64,000 nucleotides of DNA. Source: Candidatus Multivoradales bacterium. GTDB lineage: Bacteria; Acidobacteriota; Thermoanaerobaculia; Multivoradales; J023. The translations under genes and the position numbers were made by a program. The notes under the pieces were generated by a model. The model was not told where the DNA came from, made no database searches, and saw only the letters and a program-made list of their open reading frames with translations. Shown piece after piece: positions 1 through 9,152 of the stretch. The stretch covers positions 352,001 through 416,000 of the forward strand of contig CBDFLE010000005.1 in the NCBI GenBank assembly GCA_965248925.1, written 5' to 3'. The first letter of the stretch is position 1; each line of letters begins with the position of its first letter.

Positions 1-445
1 TCATGCCGCCGAGTGGGCCAACGTGATTGCGCTGACCGTGGATCGCCGGGTTGTGCTGGTCGAGCAGTTTCGCCATGGGGTTGAGCAGGTGACCTTGGAG
101 ATTCCTGGTGGCATGGTCGAGCCGGGGGAGGATCCAGAGCTGGCGGCGGCGCGAGAGCTGCGAGAGGAAACCGGATACGCCGGTTCCAGGCCGCGTTGGC
201 TGGGTACCGTGCGACCTAATCCGGCGCTGCAATCAAACGCCTGTAGCAGCTGGTTGATCGAGGATGCCAGAAGGGTGGGCGAGTTGCAGCAAGATCCTGG
301 GGAGGACCTAACCGTGGTCACCGTGGAGCTGGACGATATTCCAGATCTGCTGCGAAGCGGCCTGATCGATCATTCATTGGTGGTTGCTGCTTTTCATTGG
401 CTAGAGCTGCGCGGTGGCGATCGCCAGAGCCTGCTAGAATCCTAG
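1..445 (+). CDS. NUDIX hydrolase (5'-truncated by window edge)
   Basis: Nudix box GGMVEPGEDPELAAARELREETGY; frame open to the window start. Confidence 0.9.
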   Translation, partial: HAAEWANVIALTVDRRVVLVEQFRHGVEQVTLEIPGGMVEPGEDPELAAARELREETGYAGSRPRWLGTVRPNPALQSNACSSWLIEDARRVGELQQDPGEDLTVVTVELDDIPDLLRSGLIDHSLVVAAFHWLELRGGDRQSLLES

Positions 446-528
446 CCACCATCCATCTCGGTTCATCACCCGATCTAGGGGGGTGCCGAACCGGGTCTCG
501 ACTGCGAGTGAAAAGCGGGACAAAAGAC

Positions 529-2595
529 GTGGACCAGTTCGAGAAAATCGGCAAATACGAGGTCTTGAGTGAAATCGGCGAAGGCAACTTTGGCCGCACC
601 TACCGCGGCCGTGACCCAGATGGTGATTTCGAGGTCGCGATCAAGACTTGTACCGTAGACGACGAGAACGTCCGGCGGAAATTCGCTTTTCAGGCCGAGG
701 AAGCCGGCAAACTGCACCACCAGAATATTGCCGCTGTGCTCGCTTCAGGACAGGAGGGAGATATTCCCTACGTGGTTCATGAGCAACTCTCCGGCCAGGG
801 GCTCGATCAGGTGATTCGCGGCCAGGCTCCGCTGACCCCCCTGGAGAAGCTCGACCAGCTTCTTCCCATTGCCGAGGCCTTGGCCTACGCCCATCAGCAA
901 GGAGTCTTCCACAGCGATCTCAAGCCTGACAACGTGCGTTTGCTGGAAAGCGGCGAAGTCAAGATTCTCGATTTCGGCATCGCTCGCCTGACCAGCAGTG
1001 AAAACCAGCTGACCCAAGAGGGGGTCACCATGGGCGCCGCCAGCTACCTGCCGCCAGAGCAAGTACGCGGCGGCGTTGTCGATCACCGCTCAGATGTTTT
1101 CTCGTTCGGCGTCCTAGCGTACGAGCTACTGACCTTCGAGCGTCCTTTCCGCGGCAACACTCTGTCGGCGTTGGTCTACCAAATTCTCTACAAGGTGCCG
1201 CTGCCGCTGACCGCGGTGTGGGGCGAGTGCCCGGAGGCCTTGTCGGACCTGATCTCCCGCTGTCTCGACAAAAAGCCGAGTCGACGGTTTCAAGACTTTG
1301 CCGAGTTGACCCCACTTCTGCGTGATCTGCGCAATCGACTGGCGGCCGGTGAGTGGCCAGACATGCAAGCAGCCCTGCCGCCGGATCAAGGGCACAGCAC
1401 CCAACAGATCGTTTTGAAGGTGGCCGACGACGATTTGGTGGTGTCCCAAGAAGAACTCTCCCGCACCGCCCTGAGCTTTAGCCAACAGGGTTCCGCCGAA
1501 GTAGAGCGAGATCAGCCGGTGGGCGAGTACACCTTGGCTCCGGGCGATGCCGAAAATCTGCTCGGCACACCGCTTGAGCTGGGCGATCCGGACTCCACCC
1601 AGCCGGTAGAGCCGATCCTCGACCCGGCCCACGACGCACGTTCGTTGGTGGGCCTCGACCCTGATGACAGCATGATTCTGGCCAGCCGCGGCCAAGCGAT
1701 TGGCAACTTGGTGGCCGAAGGCAAGTTGGACGAGGCTTTGCAGCAGCTGGAAGAGACCGTCACGCTGCACCGCGACGGCACTTTGGCTGGCGAGCTGGCG
1801 GCGATCGACTTGCCCGACCCGGAGGCGACCTTTGACCCCCCGCCGCCGACCGATTCGGCCCCGTCCGAACCCACCAAGCCGGAGGCGCTCAAAGCGGACC
1901 CGGGGGGGCGACTCGACTTCTTGCGCGCGCGGGTGGCCAGCGCAGAAGCGAAGAGCAAACTGAGCGAGCAAGAGCTGCCGGAGTGGGCGCTTAAGGCCGG
2001 ACCGATCGAAACCACCAAGCCTCTCAGCGCCCCTGGCAAACCGCGCCAGGAACTCGACTTCCAGAAACTCTCCGCCAAGGGAGTGGCCAGTCCACCACCG
2101 CCCGCGCCGGTAGAGCCTAAACTCAGCTCGTCGGCGGGTTGGTTGAAGATGGCGGCTGCGGCGGCCTTGCTGCTGGCGGTGGTGGCGGTGGTGGCGCTGA
2201 TCTGGTTCTTGTTACCAGACAAAGAGCAAAACCAGAACACCCAGCCGGCGGTGGCTGAGTCGCTGCCCCAGCCCGAGCTGGTGCCAGCCGAGCCTGATCA
2301 GGCGTTAGGAGCTGCCGAGCTCGGCGCGGTGGTGATCAATGCCGTGCCTTGGGCGCGGGTGACGGAGATCACCGACGCGGCCGGCGTCGCCCAGGAATTG
2401 CCGGAGGAGTCCTACACGCCGCTGTATGTCGAGTTGTCGCCTGGCTCCTATGCCATCACTCTGCAACATCCAGATGTAGAGGAACTCTTTACTTGCACCA
2501 TAGAGATCGAGTCCGGGTTCATCGAAAGCTGCGAAACCGAATTTCACCGGCTTGATCCGACCGAGTACTTCAAGAGCAGTGGCTGGTGGAGCTGA
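529..2595 (+). CDS. Membrane-anchored Hanks-type Ser/Thr protein kinase
   Basis: GEGNFG, VAIK, HSDLKPDN, DFG motifs; Pro-rich linker, TM helix, C-terminal extracytoplasmic domain; GTG start at 529 inferred. Confidence 0.9.
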   Translation: MDQFEKIGKYEVLSEIGEGNFGRTYRGRDPDGDFEVAIKTCTVDDENVRRKFAFQAEEAGKLHHQNIAAVLASGQEGDIPYVVHEQLSGQGLDQVIRGQAPLTPLEKLDQLLPIAEALAYAHQQGVFHSDLKPDNVRLLESGEVKILDFGIARLTSSENQLTQEGVTMGAASYLPPEQVRGGVVDHRSDVFSFGVLAYELLTFERPFRGNTLSALVYQILYKVPLPLTAVWGECPEALSDLISRCLDKKPSRRFQDFAELTPLLRDLRNRLAAGEWPDMQAALPPDQGHSTQQIVLKVADDDLVVSQEELSRTALSFSQQGSAEVERDQPVGEYTLAPGDAENLLGTPLELGDPDSTQPVEPILDPAHDARSLVGLDPDDSMILASRGQAIGNLVAEGKLDEALQQLEETVTLHRDGTLAGELAAIDLPDPEATFDPPPPTDSAPSEPTKPEALKADPGGRLDFLRARVASAEAKSKLSEQELPEWALKAGPIETTKPLSAPGKPRQELDFQKLSAKGVASPPPPAPVEPKLSSSAGWLKMAAAAALLLAVVAVVALIWFLLPDKEQNQNTQPAVAESLPQPELVPAEPDQALGAAELGAVVINAVPWARVTEITDAAGVAQELPEESYTPLYVELSPGSYAITLQHPDVEELFTCTIEIESGFIESCETEFHRLDPTEYFKSSGWWS

Positions 2596-3929
2596 TGGAG
2601 AGCAGAACGATGGTCCGTCGACCGACTCCGAGGTCCTTTCCCACCTTCTTTGCAACCCTGTTGTTGGCGACCCTGCTGCTGGCGGCACCCTTGACTGCCG
2701 CAACCGATTATCGCGAAAACTACCGCGACGGCATCGCGGCGGTGGAAGCCGGCGACTACGAGCCAGCGATTCGGCTGCTGCGTCAGGCGATCAGTGGTCG
2801 CCAAGAGGCCCGCAGCGGATTTCGTCGCTACACCCCTTACTACTACTTGGGAGTGGCCCAGATGCAGACCGGCGACTGCCGTGCGGCGCTGCTCACCTGG
2901 GCCGAGGCGGAAAATCAGGGGCACATCCAAAAGAGCCGTGAGCATGCCGATATGGTGGCTCGCGAGCAGCGCTGCGAAAATCAATTGGGAGAGCTCGATC
3001 AAGCTCTGGCGAGTGCCCGTGCCGCCATCGCTTTGGCCGAGCAAACGGTTGGCGAGGTGAAGCTCTTGAGCAGCGATCTCAACTTGGTGGCTGATTGGTC
3101 ACAGGGCGCTTCGTCCTTCGGCGCGCGCCAACTCCGGGCCGAGTCGCTGTTGCGCGATGCGGAGCAGAAGTTGGGCAGCGGCGAGGCAGCCGTAGATCTG
3201 AGTCAGATTGCCGAAGGCGAGGAGTTGGCGGTACGAGCACGTTCAGCACTCCAGGCCATCGACAGTGAGGCCCGGCAGCAACTCAGCGCCTTTGACCAAG
3301 CAGTGAGAGAGGCCTCAGGCAAGCTAGAAGATGTCGAAGCCGGGGCCCGGCGCGTGCTCCGCTCGCTCGGCGACCTCAAGCCATATCCGCCCCAATTGGC
3401 CCAGCGGGTGGCCGCCATGGAGGAGGATCTAGAGGCGGCAACAGATGCTCTGGACAATGCCGACCCGGAAGAGTTGGTCGAGCTGCAAGACCGCCTGACG
3501 GTTTCCCTGTCACAGCTCAAGCGCGCCGCTCAACGACCGCCGCTGAAGCTGGTCGAGGCCTTTCAAGCCTACAGCGTTGGCGAGTTCGAGGCGGTGATCG
3601 AAATTCTCGACACCGGACGCTGGCGGCCCCGAGCGGCGTCTCATGCCTGCTTGCTGAAGGCCGCCGCTCGCCACGCTCTTTTCTTACTCGAGGGTGAGCA
3701 GCAGAGAGAGTTGTTGGTCGCTGCCCGCAGCGATATCGCCCAATGCCAGGAGGGCTCAGCACCGCTTGAGCCTTCCGCGGATTACTTCTCGCCTCGCTTT
3801 CTGTCCTTTCACCTGCGCACCCTTGAGCGGCTCGCTGCCGGTAAAGGAGTAGGAGATGGCGCAGGCGAAATCCCGGCGACCGCCGCTGCTGACCAAGCGG
3901 CGAGCGGCCCGGCCGACTCAGCTGGCTAG
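2586..3929 (+). CDS. Secreted TPR-like/alpha-helical hypothetical protein
   Basis: Signal peptide (LLLATLLLAAPLTA), TPR-like N-terminus (PYYYLGVAQ), coiled coil; overlaps the kinase stop. Confidence 0.7.
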   Translation: MELMESRTMVRRPTPRSFPTFFATLLLATLLLAAPLTAATDYRENYRDGIAAVEAGDYEPAIRLLRQAISGRQEARSGFRRYTPYYYLGVAQMQTGDCRAALLTWAEAENQGHIQKSREHADMVAREQRCENQLGELDQALASARAAIALAEQTVGEVKLLSSDLNLVADWSQGASSFGARQLRAESLLRDAEQKLGSGEAAVDLSQIAEGEELAVRARSALQAIDSEARQQLSAFDQAVREASGKLEDVEAGARRVLRSLGDLKPYPPQLAQRVAAMEEDLEAATDALDNADPEELVELQDRLTVSLSQLKRAAQRPPLKLVEAFQAYSVGEFEAVIEILDTGRWRPRAASHACLLKAAARHALFLLEGEQQRELLVAARSDIAQCQEGSAPLEPSADYFSPRFLSFHLRTLERLAAGKGVGDGAGEIPATAAADQAASGPADSAG

Positions 3930-3933
3930 ACTC

Positions 3934-4956
3934 ATGGCTAGAGCTAAGAGCAAACGGCCGAGTCGTCCTGCACACCGCCGCCGGGGAAACTTCTGGAGCC
4001 TGATCGGCCTTGGTGCCCTCGGCCTAGTGTTAGGACTGTCCCTGCGGCGGCGCAAGCAGGGACCAACCGGCAAGCAGGGTGAGTCGCACCGCCCAGCGCC
4101 ACACCAGCGGCCCCGAGCAACCGCGCCTGCGCCCCTCGGCGCCTTGCCGGAAGGTGCCTCGACCAGTTGGATTCCCGGTCCTGGCGGCGCCTTGCGAATC
4201 TGCGAAGTCTTCTCGCCAGGCGCGCTGCCGGTGATTTTCTTGCACGATATCGGTGGCCGTTTGGAACATTGGAGCAGCCAGCTAAGCCTTTTGGGGCCGC
4301 TGCGTCGCGGTATCGCCGTCGACTTGCCAGGCCATGGCGAGTCCGATCGCTCAGGACCCGGCAGCTACACGGTGGAGGCATTTGCCGACAATGTCGGAGC
4401 GGTGGCCGACGCCCTACGCCTGCGTCGATTTGTTTTGGTCGGTCATGGTTTGGGCGCTGCTGTGGCGGTGGACTACGCCGCTCGCCATGCCGATCGCGTG
4501 GTGGGATTGATGTTGATCGACCCGGCTGGCGACCAGACTCGCATTCCTGAGCACCAGCTAGCGCAGCTGCGGCAAGGGTTGGCCGAGGACAGCCATGCGG
4601 TACTGGGTTGGTACTATCGTCAATACTTGAGCGGTTCTAGTGCGGCGATCAATGAGCGGGTGCTGGGTGATCTGGCGGCGACCGCCAGCGAAGCCCTGGC
4701 TGGAGCCACCGAGGGCTCGCTGAGCTACAACCCGCTGCCCAGCCTGGAGCGCTATGTCGGGCCGCTGGCGAGTGTGGTTAGCGACCTCAACGATCTACCC
4801 CACAGCCTGCACAACTTGCTGCCCGAGCTGCCGGTCGAGCGCCTAGCGGGTGCTGGCCATTGGATGATGTTCGATCGGCCGAGCGAACTCAACGAGCTGA
4901 TCTCAAGCTTCTTGGACCTCGTACCCGATCAGCTGCGGCCGGCAACTGTGCACTGA
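3934..4956 (+). CDS. Alpha/beta-fold hydrolase-like protein with N-terminal TM anchor (nucleophile elbow GHGLG)
   Basis: VDLPGHGES, VLVGHGLG, AGHW motifs. Confidence 0.85.
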   Translation: MARAKSKRPSRPAHRRRGNFWSLIGLGALGLVLGLSLRRRKQGPTGKQGESHRPAPHQRPRATAPAPLGALPEGASTSWIPGPGGALRICEVFSPGALPVIFLHDIGGRLEHWSSQLSLLGPLRRGIAVDLPGHGESDRSGPGSYTVEAFADNVGAVADALRLRRFVLVGHGLGAAVAVDYAARHADRVVGLMLIDPAGDQTRIPEHQLAQLRQGLAEDSHAVLGWYYRQYLSGSSAAINERVLGDLAATASEALAGATEGSLSYNPLPSLERYVGPLASVVSDLNDLPHSLHNLLPELPVERLAGAGHWMMFDRPSELNELISSFLDLVPDQLRPATVH

Positions 4957-5010
4957 CCTTGGGGCCTCGGCTTGGCCCCGCTCGGCATCAAATCGACTTG
5001 CTGAGGGGCC

Positions 5011-6162
5011 TCAGTAGGGTGCCGGGCTTTGGCCGTCGTAGTAGCCATAGAGACGGGGCAGGCGGTCACCGCCATCTATCGCGGTAAAGGGCGACTGGCG
5101 GTCAGCGGGTGCCCGCAGGTATTCGTCGAGGCCGCGAAGATAGTGCAGGTTGAGGCAGTGCCCCCAGCGACCACGGCCTTCGAACTTCTCACCATCGATA
5201 ACTATGGCGTGCTTATCCGGATTGGGCGCCAGCATGCCGAGGCGCGCCACCACATCGTACTGATTGCCGATGTTCTCGATAAATGGAACCGGGGCTCCGC
5301 TAGCGGAGGTTTGCGCCGGGGCATGACGCATGACGTCGGCGGCGTTGGCGAAAGCGTAAATCTCGAGCTTTGCCAAATGGTCCGGATCGTTCAATGGCGC
5401 AGGCTCATCGGCTTCGTGTTTGCCTTCCAGCGTGGGAGCTCGGCGCTGGTGCAATGCTTGGCGGAAATCGTCTGAAATCAGCGCCCGCAGGACGTTGGCC
5501 ATGATGATCGTGCCCTGCGAATGGCAAATCACCACCACCCGCTTCTTGGTGGGCTCGTTGAGCGCTTGCAGAATCACCGGATAGGCGCGCAAGGAGGCTT
5601 CCGTCATCACCTGCCAGGCTTTGCCGAGACTGGCCTCGATCAAGTCCAAGCCGATTGAGTCGGAAGCGTTCTGGACGATCGTCAGGGGACGGCGGAAGAT
5701 CTGCGCCAAGTAGCGAGCATTGATCTCAGCCAACGAATCATTGGTGGCGATGCCGTTGATGAAAAACCAGGCTTCTTCCGGGAAAGAGTAAGGATTGTCC
5801 TGGGGATCGGGCTGGAAGAGAATCCGCGTCGGCCGCCAAAAAAAAGGATCGAGACCGCCCGGCAGATTGTCCGGTACCTTGATTGGCAAAGCTGGCAGCG
5901 TGATTTCCGCCAGGTATTTCAGCGAGCGGACGATCGACAGCGGGCTGACGATCGAAAACTCGGAGTACCACGGGTGGGGCGGCAGCCATGTCCAGGGGTG
6001 GCCGAGAATCGCATTCACCCACAACGGCGGAGTAAAGCGCAGAGCATCGCCGACAATCTCCAGTAACTGGGTGAAGTCGCGCTCGTCTTCGAGATAGGGA
6101 TCGAGGCGCTGGTGCAGCTCGTGTTCGAGTTTATCGCTCGGCGATTCGGCAACATCGGCCAT
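5011..6162 (-). CDS. Uncharacterised alpha/beta-hydrolase-like protein
   Basis: FFINGI, VICHSQG elbow, YDVVARLG, GHCLN; ATG at 6162 inferred. Confidence 0.7.
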   Translation of the reverse strand: MADVAESPSDKLEHELHQRLDPYLEDERDFTQLLEIVGDALRFTPPLWVNAILGHPWTWLPPHPWYSEFSIVSPLSIVRSLKYLAEITLPALPIKVPDNLPGGLDPFFWRPTRILFQPDPQDNPYSFPEEAWFFINGIATNDSLAEINARYLAQIFRRPLTIVQNASDSIGLDLIEASLGKAWQVMTEASLRAYPVILQALNEPTKKRVVVICHSQGTIIMANVLRALISDDFRQALHQRRAPTLEGKHEADEPAPLNDPDHLAKLEIYAFANAADVMRHAPAQTSASGAPVPFIENIGNQYDVVARLGMLAPNPDKHAIVIDGEKFEGRGRWGHCLNLHYLRGLDEYLRAPADRQSPFTAIDGGDRLPRLYGYYDGQSPAPY

Positions 6163-6304
6163 GACATGCCCCTCGGTAGCCGCCGCCTGGCTCGCTAGCT
6201 GGCCGGCAGGCGGCCGAATGATCTGAGATGGTGAGAACGCGAAGAGCATAGCAGGCCTCTCACCCGCCAACGCCAGAGACTCTGACCCTGCCCAGGATTC
6301 TACC

Positions 6305-7297
6305 TCAATCGTACCGCTGCCCAAGCACTTCGCTGTGCAGCGTGGAGACTGACTTGGCAACCTCGGCTGCGGCGTAGTAGTCCGTCAACACTGCCAGCGC
6401 CGGCTTGCCCTGTGGGGTGAACAAGATGTTGCTGGCAGGTGCTGTTGCTTTGGCGACCGGATGCCACTTCCAGAAGTATGCACCTGCGAACCACGGTTGG
6501 GTCCAAACTGCCCGGAAGAAGGCCCGGTAGGCGTTGGCCTGCGCTTCGAGATCCACTTTCTTCGAGGATCCACGCTGGGGCCAGACCCAGGGCTCGACGG
6601 CGGTGTCGGCGGTCGACTTGTAGCCGATTTATGTGAAGAGCACCGGGCGGTCTGCCTTCTTGTGTACGGCTTCGATAACCCGCAAGTGATGCTGCCAGCC
6701 ACGCTCCAGGGTCGCCAACGTCGGCTTGCTCTCGGAACTCAGCGGAAAGTAGGCTTGGATACCAATGTAGTCGAGATCAGCCCAGAACGGCACTTCCTCG
6801 AACTCGCGATACCAGTTCGCGGAGTAGGTCAGCTTGCCGCCATAAACCTGGCGAATCTCACGGATCACTCGGTACCACTCTTGCGGCTTCTCGACCACCG
6901 TCTGGTGCAGTTCGGTGCCGATTGCCAAGGCCTCGATGTCCAGTCGCTCGGCCAGCTTGGCATAGTGCAGAATGAAGACGCGGTAAGCGGCGAACCAGGC
7001 CTGCCAGTCGGCGTCGCTACCCATGGCGATATCGCCGCGCCAGCCACCGCCGCGCAGCCAAATATGAGGCTTGAGCAACGTCTTGATGCTCAATTCGCGT
7101 GCCAGGAGAGTGGTCACCCCGAGCCCCTCGTCGCGCTCGCCCCAATAAATGCGGCCACCAGTAGTCAGTCGAATCTCGGGACTGTTCGCCGCGCTTTGCC
7201 AGCCGAATGGCGTCTGCACGATCCAATCGACATGGTGCTGGGCGAGGGCGGCAAGCTCTTCAGTGCCAATCTCCTTGCCCCAGCTCAGGGTACCACC
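6305..7297 (-). pseudogene. GH113-like (clan GH-A TIM barrel) glycoside hydrolase, 5'-truncated with internal TAA
   Basis: LLKPHIW, IGTEL, LTYSANW, IGIQAYFPL, VLFT*IGY, YFWKW all in one frame; TAA at 6629-6631. Confidence 0.8.
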
Positions 7298-7330
7298 CTA
7301 ATCGTACTCACCTGTTTTCAATAGCTTAGG
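7293..7330 (+). repeat. Degenerate 38-bp repeat, copy 1 (copy 2 at 43342-43379), with IHF-like TTTCAA-N4-TTA
   Basis: ccaccctaatcgtactcacctgttttcaatagcttagg vs ccacccgactcgtactctcttgatttcaacaagttacg (29/38 by eye). Confidence 0.5.
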
Positions 7331-8563
7331 CCAGTCAGAGTTCGTCATGCCGGCTCTCCCTACGTTCATGCTGAGCGATTCGTCGGATCGTTGCCACGGG
7401 CAGATCAAGACTTCGGACCGGCGCAGCTGGCCCACTACCAACAAGTCCTTGACCTTGACCGCCACCGAGGCGCCCGACAGAACTCGGCCTTGGTTGTCGT
7501 CCCGGTCGTCTTCTAGGAGCAGCTGCCGGGACTTGCGTCCCATGCCGCAGTCCGCCGGCAGCACATGGCCGCGCCGCCGACGCTCGAGGATCGGCTGGTG
7601 GTCGACCTGCCAGACCGCGGCGGGCGTATCGTGTCGCTTGATCGCCAGATGCGCCAGCGCGCCGAGGAAGCTCTTGAACGAACCGATCAGGAGCTTGTCT
7701 GCTGAGCCCTCGACCAGGTGAATGTTGTCCGGGTGATCGAAGGTCCGAAAAGCACATTGCCAGACCAACTCGTCGTCGGCCTCCTCGAAGACGTGGATCC
7801 GCTGGCGCCAGAAGTCTGCAACCAGCGCCAGAGAAACCGAGTTCCCTCTGCGATCTTCGAGGTGGGTGAAGGCAACGCCGTTGGCAAAGCCGAAAGAGGG
7901 CTGATAGAGCGGTTTCCAGTAGCGCGGCTCACCCTTCGGCTCGGGGCTGTAGGCGATCGGCGGCTTCTTTTTGGCGTTGGTGGCCACCAGCATTCCGTGC
8001 GGCGAGACTGCCAGTCCGTTGACCTTGCCGGTGAGAAACTCGCAGGCTCGTCGAGCCCGATGCTCGTCGTCCGGTCCGCAGAGGCGCAGCTCGCCGGGCC
8101 AGGTCAGTGCTTGGCGGCTGAGGCCGCGGACAACACCGTCCGAACTGCTGTCGGCGACCCACACCCGCTGGTTGTCTTTCGACACGGTCAGACCGACCGG
8201 CGCGAACTCCTCCGGCCCGCCGGTGCTCGGGAACAAGGTCTCCGGCTCGCCGGCGCAACCCTTGGCGAGGGGCGGGATGCAGTCCGACAGATCAAGCTGC
8301 TGCATTCGACCTCTGGGCTTGCCAGCACCCAGGCCGCGGCGCGCCGTCGACGTCAGGATGCCTTTGTTCAGCCACGGGCTGCGGATCAGGTCTTCAGGGC
8401 CGCCCGAATCTTCCGCGCCGACGGCGGCGCTGATGCACTGACCGAGATTGATGGCCGGTGGGCCGGTCTGCCAGCTACCCGCCGCGGCAGCGGGCCCGGG
8501 CAGGGCTTCCAGGATCCCTAGCAGGGTGGCAAAGAGCACCGCCAGGAGCGAGCTACTCTTCAT
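7298..8563 (-). CDS. Secreted beta-propeller protein (SMP-30/strictosidine synthase/arylesterase-like)
   Basis: Signal peptide; blade motifs PVGLTV, VNGLAV, FANGVAF, HPDNIHL. Confidence 0.65.
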   Translation of the reverse strand: MKSSSLLAVLFATLLGILEALPGPAAAAGSWQTGPPAINLGQCISAAVGAEDSGGPEDLIRSPWLNKGILTSTARRGLGAGKPRGRMQQLDLSDCIPPLAKGCAGEPETLFPSTGGPEEFAPVGLTVSKDNQRVWVADSSSDGVVRGLSRQALTWPGELRLCGPDDEHRARRACEFLTGKVNGLAVSPHGMLVATNAKKKPPIAYSPEPKGEPRYWKPLYQPSFGFANGVAFTHLEDRRGNSVSLALVADFWRQRIHVFEEADDELVWQCAFRTFDHPDNIHLVEGSADKLLIGSFKSFLGALAHLAIKRHDTPAAVWQVDHQPILERRRRGHVLPADCGMGRKSRQLLLEDDRDDNQGRVLSGASVAVKVKDLLVVGQLRRSEVLICPWQRSDESLSMNVGRAGMTNSDWPKLLKTGEYD

Positions 8564-9152
8564 CGCTTCTCTCCTTACCGGTTTTCTCCAGATCGGCCCT
8601 CTTCAGACGGGCCGCGAGCCGCAGCGTGTTGCCGATCGCAATGTCGCCCAACCACTCGTCAAAGATGTCGAAGAACGCCAGCCGGGTCTCGAGCTCGATC
8701 ACCAGGTCGCCGTTCTTGGTGACCTCGAAGTCTTCCACTCCTTGCAAGGCGCTGCGCCGGTTGCCCAAGGCCATGGCGTGAAACTCGAGGTCCGATGGCC
8801 GGTGGAGGAGTTCCAGGCTCAGCACCGGAAAGGAGTCCGCACTCAACAAGCGAAGGCGAAGCAGCTCTTCCAGTACCGGCGATTCGCAGTCCAGCTGGCC
8901 CACTTGAGCCTGGACTAGCACCAGCCGGGAGTCGGGCTTTTGCTCAGCGCTGGCGGCTGCAGTGCAAGTCAGCGGCGCGCCGTCGGCCTCGAAGGTTAAG
9001 CTCAGCCGGCCATGCCAACGAAATGGGTCTTGGGCCGCCCGCTCCGGCTCTGGCTTGGGCGGCGGCGGGTGGTTCGGCGGGCAGATCAAGGCCACGCCGA
9101 GCCAGGTCAAGGCGCCGACCAGTACCACCCCCACGAGTAGCAGCCGCATCAT
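8553..9152 (-). CDS. Hypothetical membrane-anchored protein
   Basis: N-terminal hydrophobic helix and Pro-rich linker; overlaps both neighbours. Confidence 0.55.
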   Translation of the reverse strand: MMRLLLVGVVLVGALTWLGVALICPPNHPPPPKPEPERAAQDPFRWHGRLSLTFEADGAPLTCTAAASAEQKPDSRLVLVQAQVGQLDCESPVLEELLRLRLLSADSFPVLSLELLHRPSDLEFHAMALGNRRSALQGVEDFEVTKNGDLVIELETRLAFFDIFDEWLGDIAIGNTLRLAARLKRADLEKTGKERSDEE

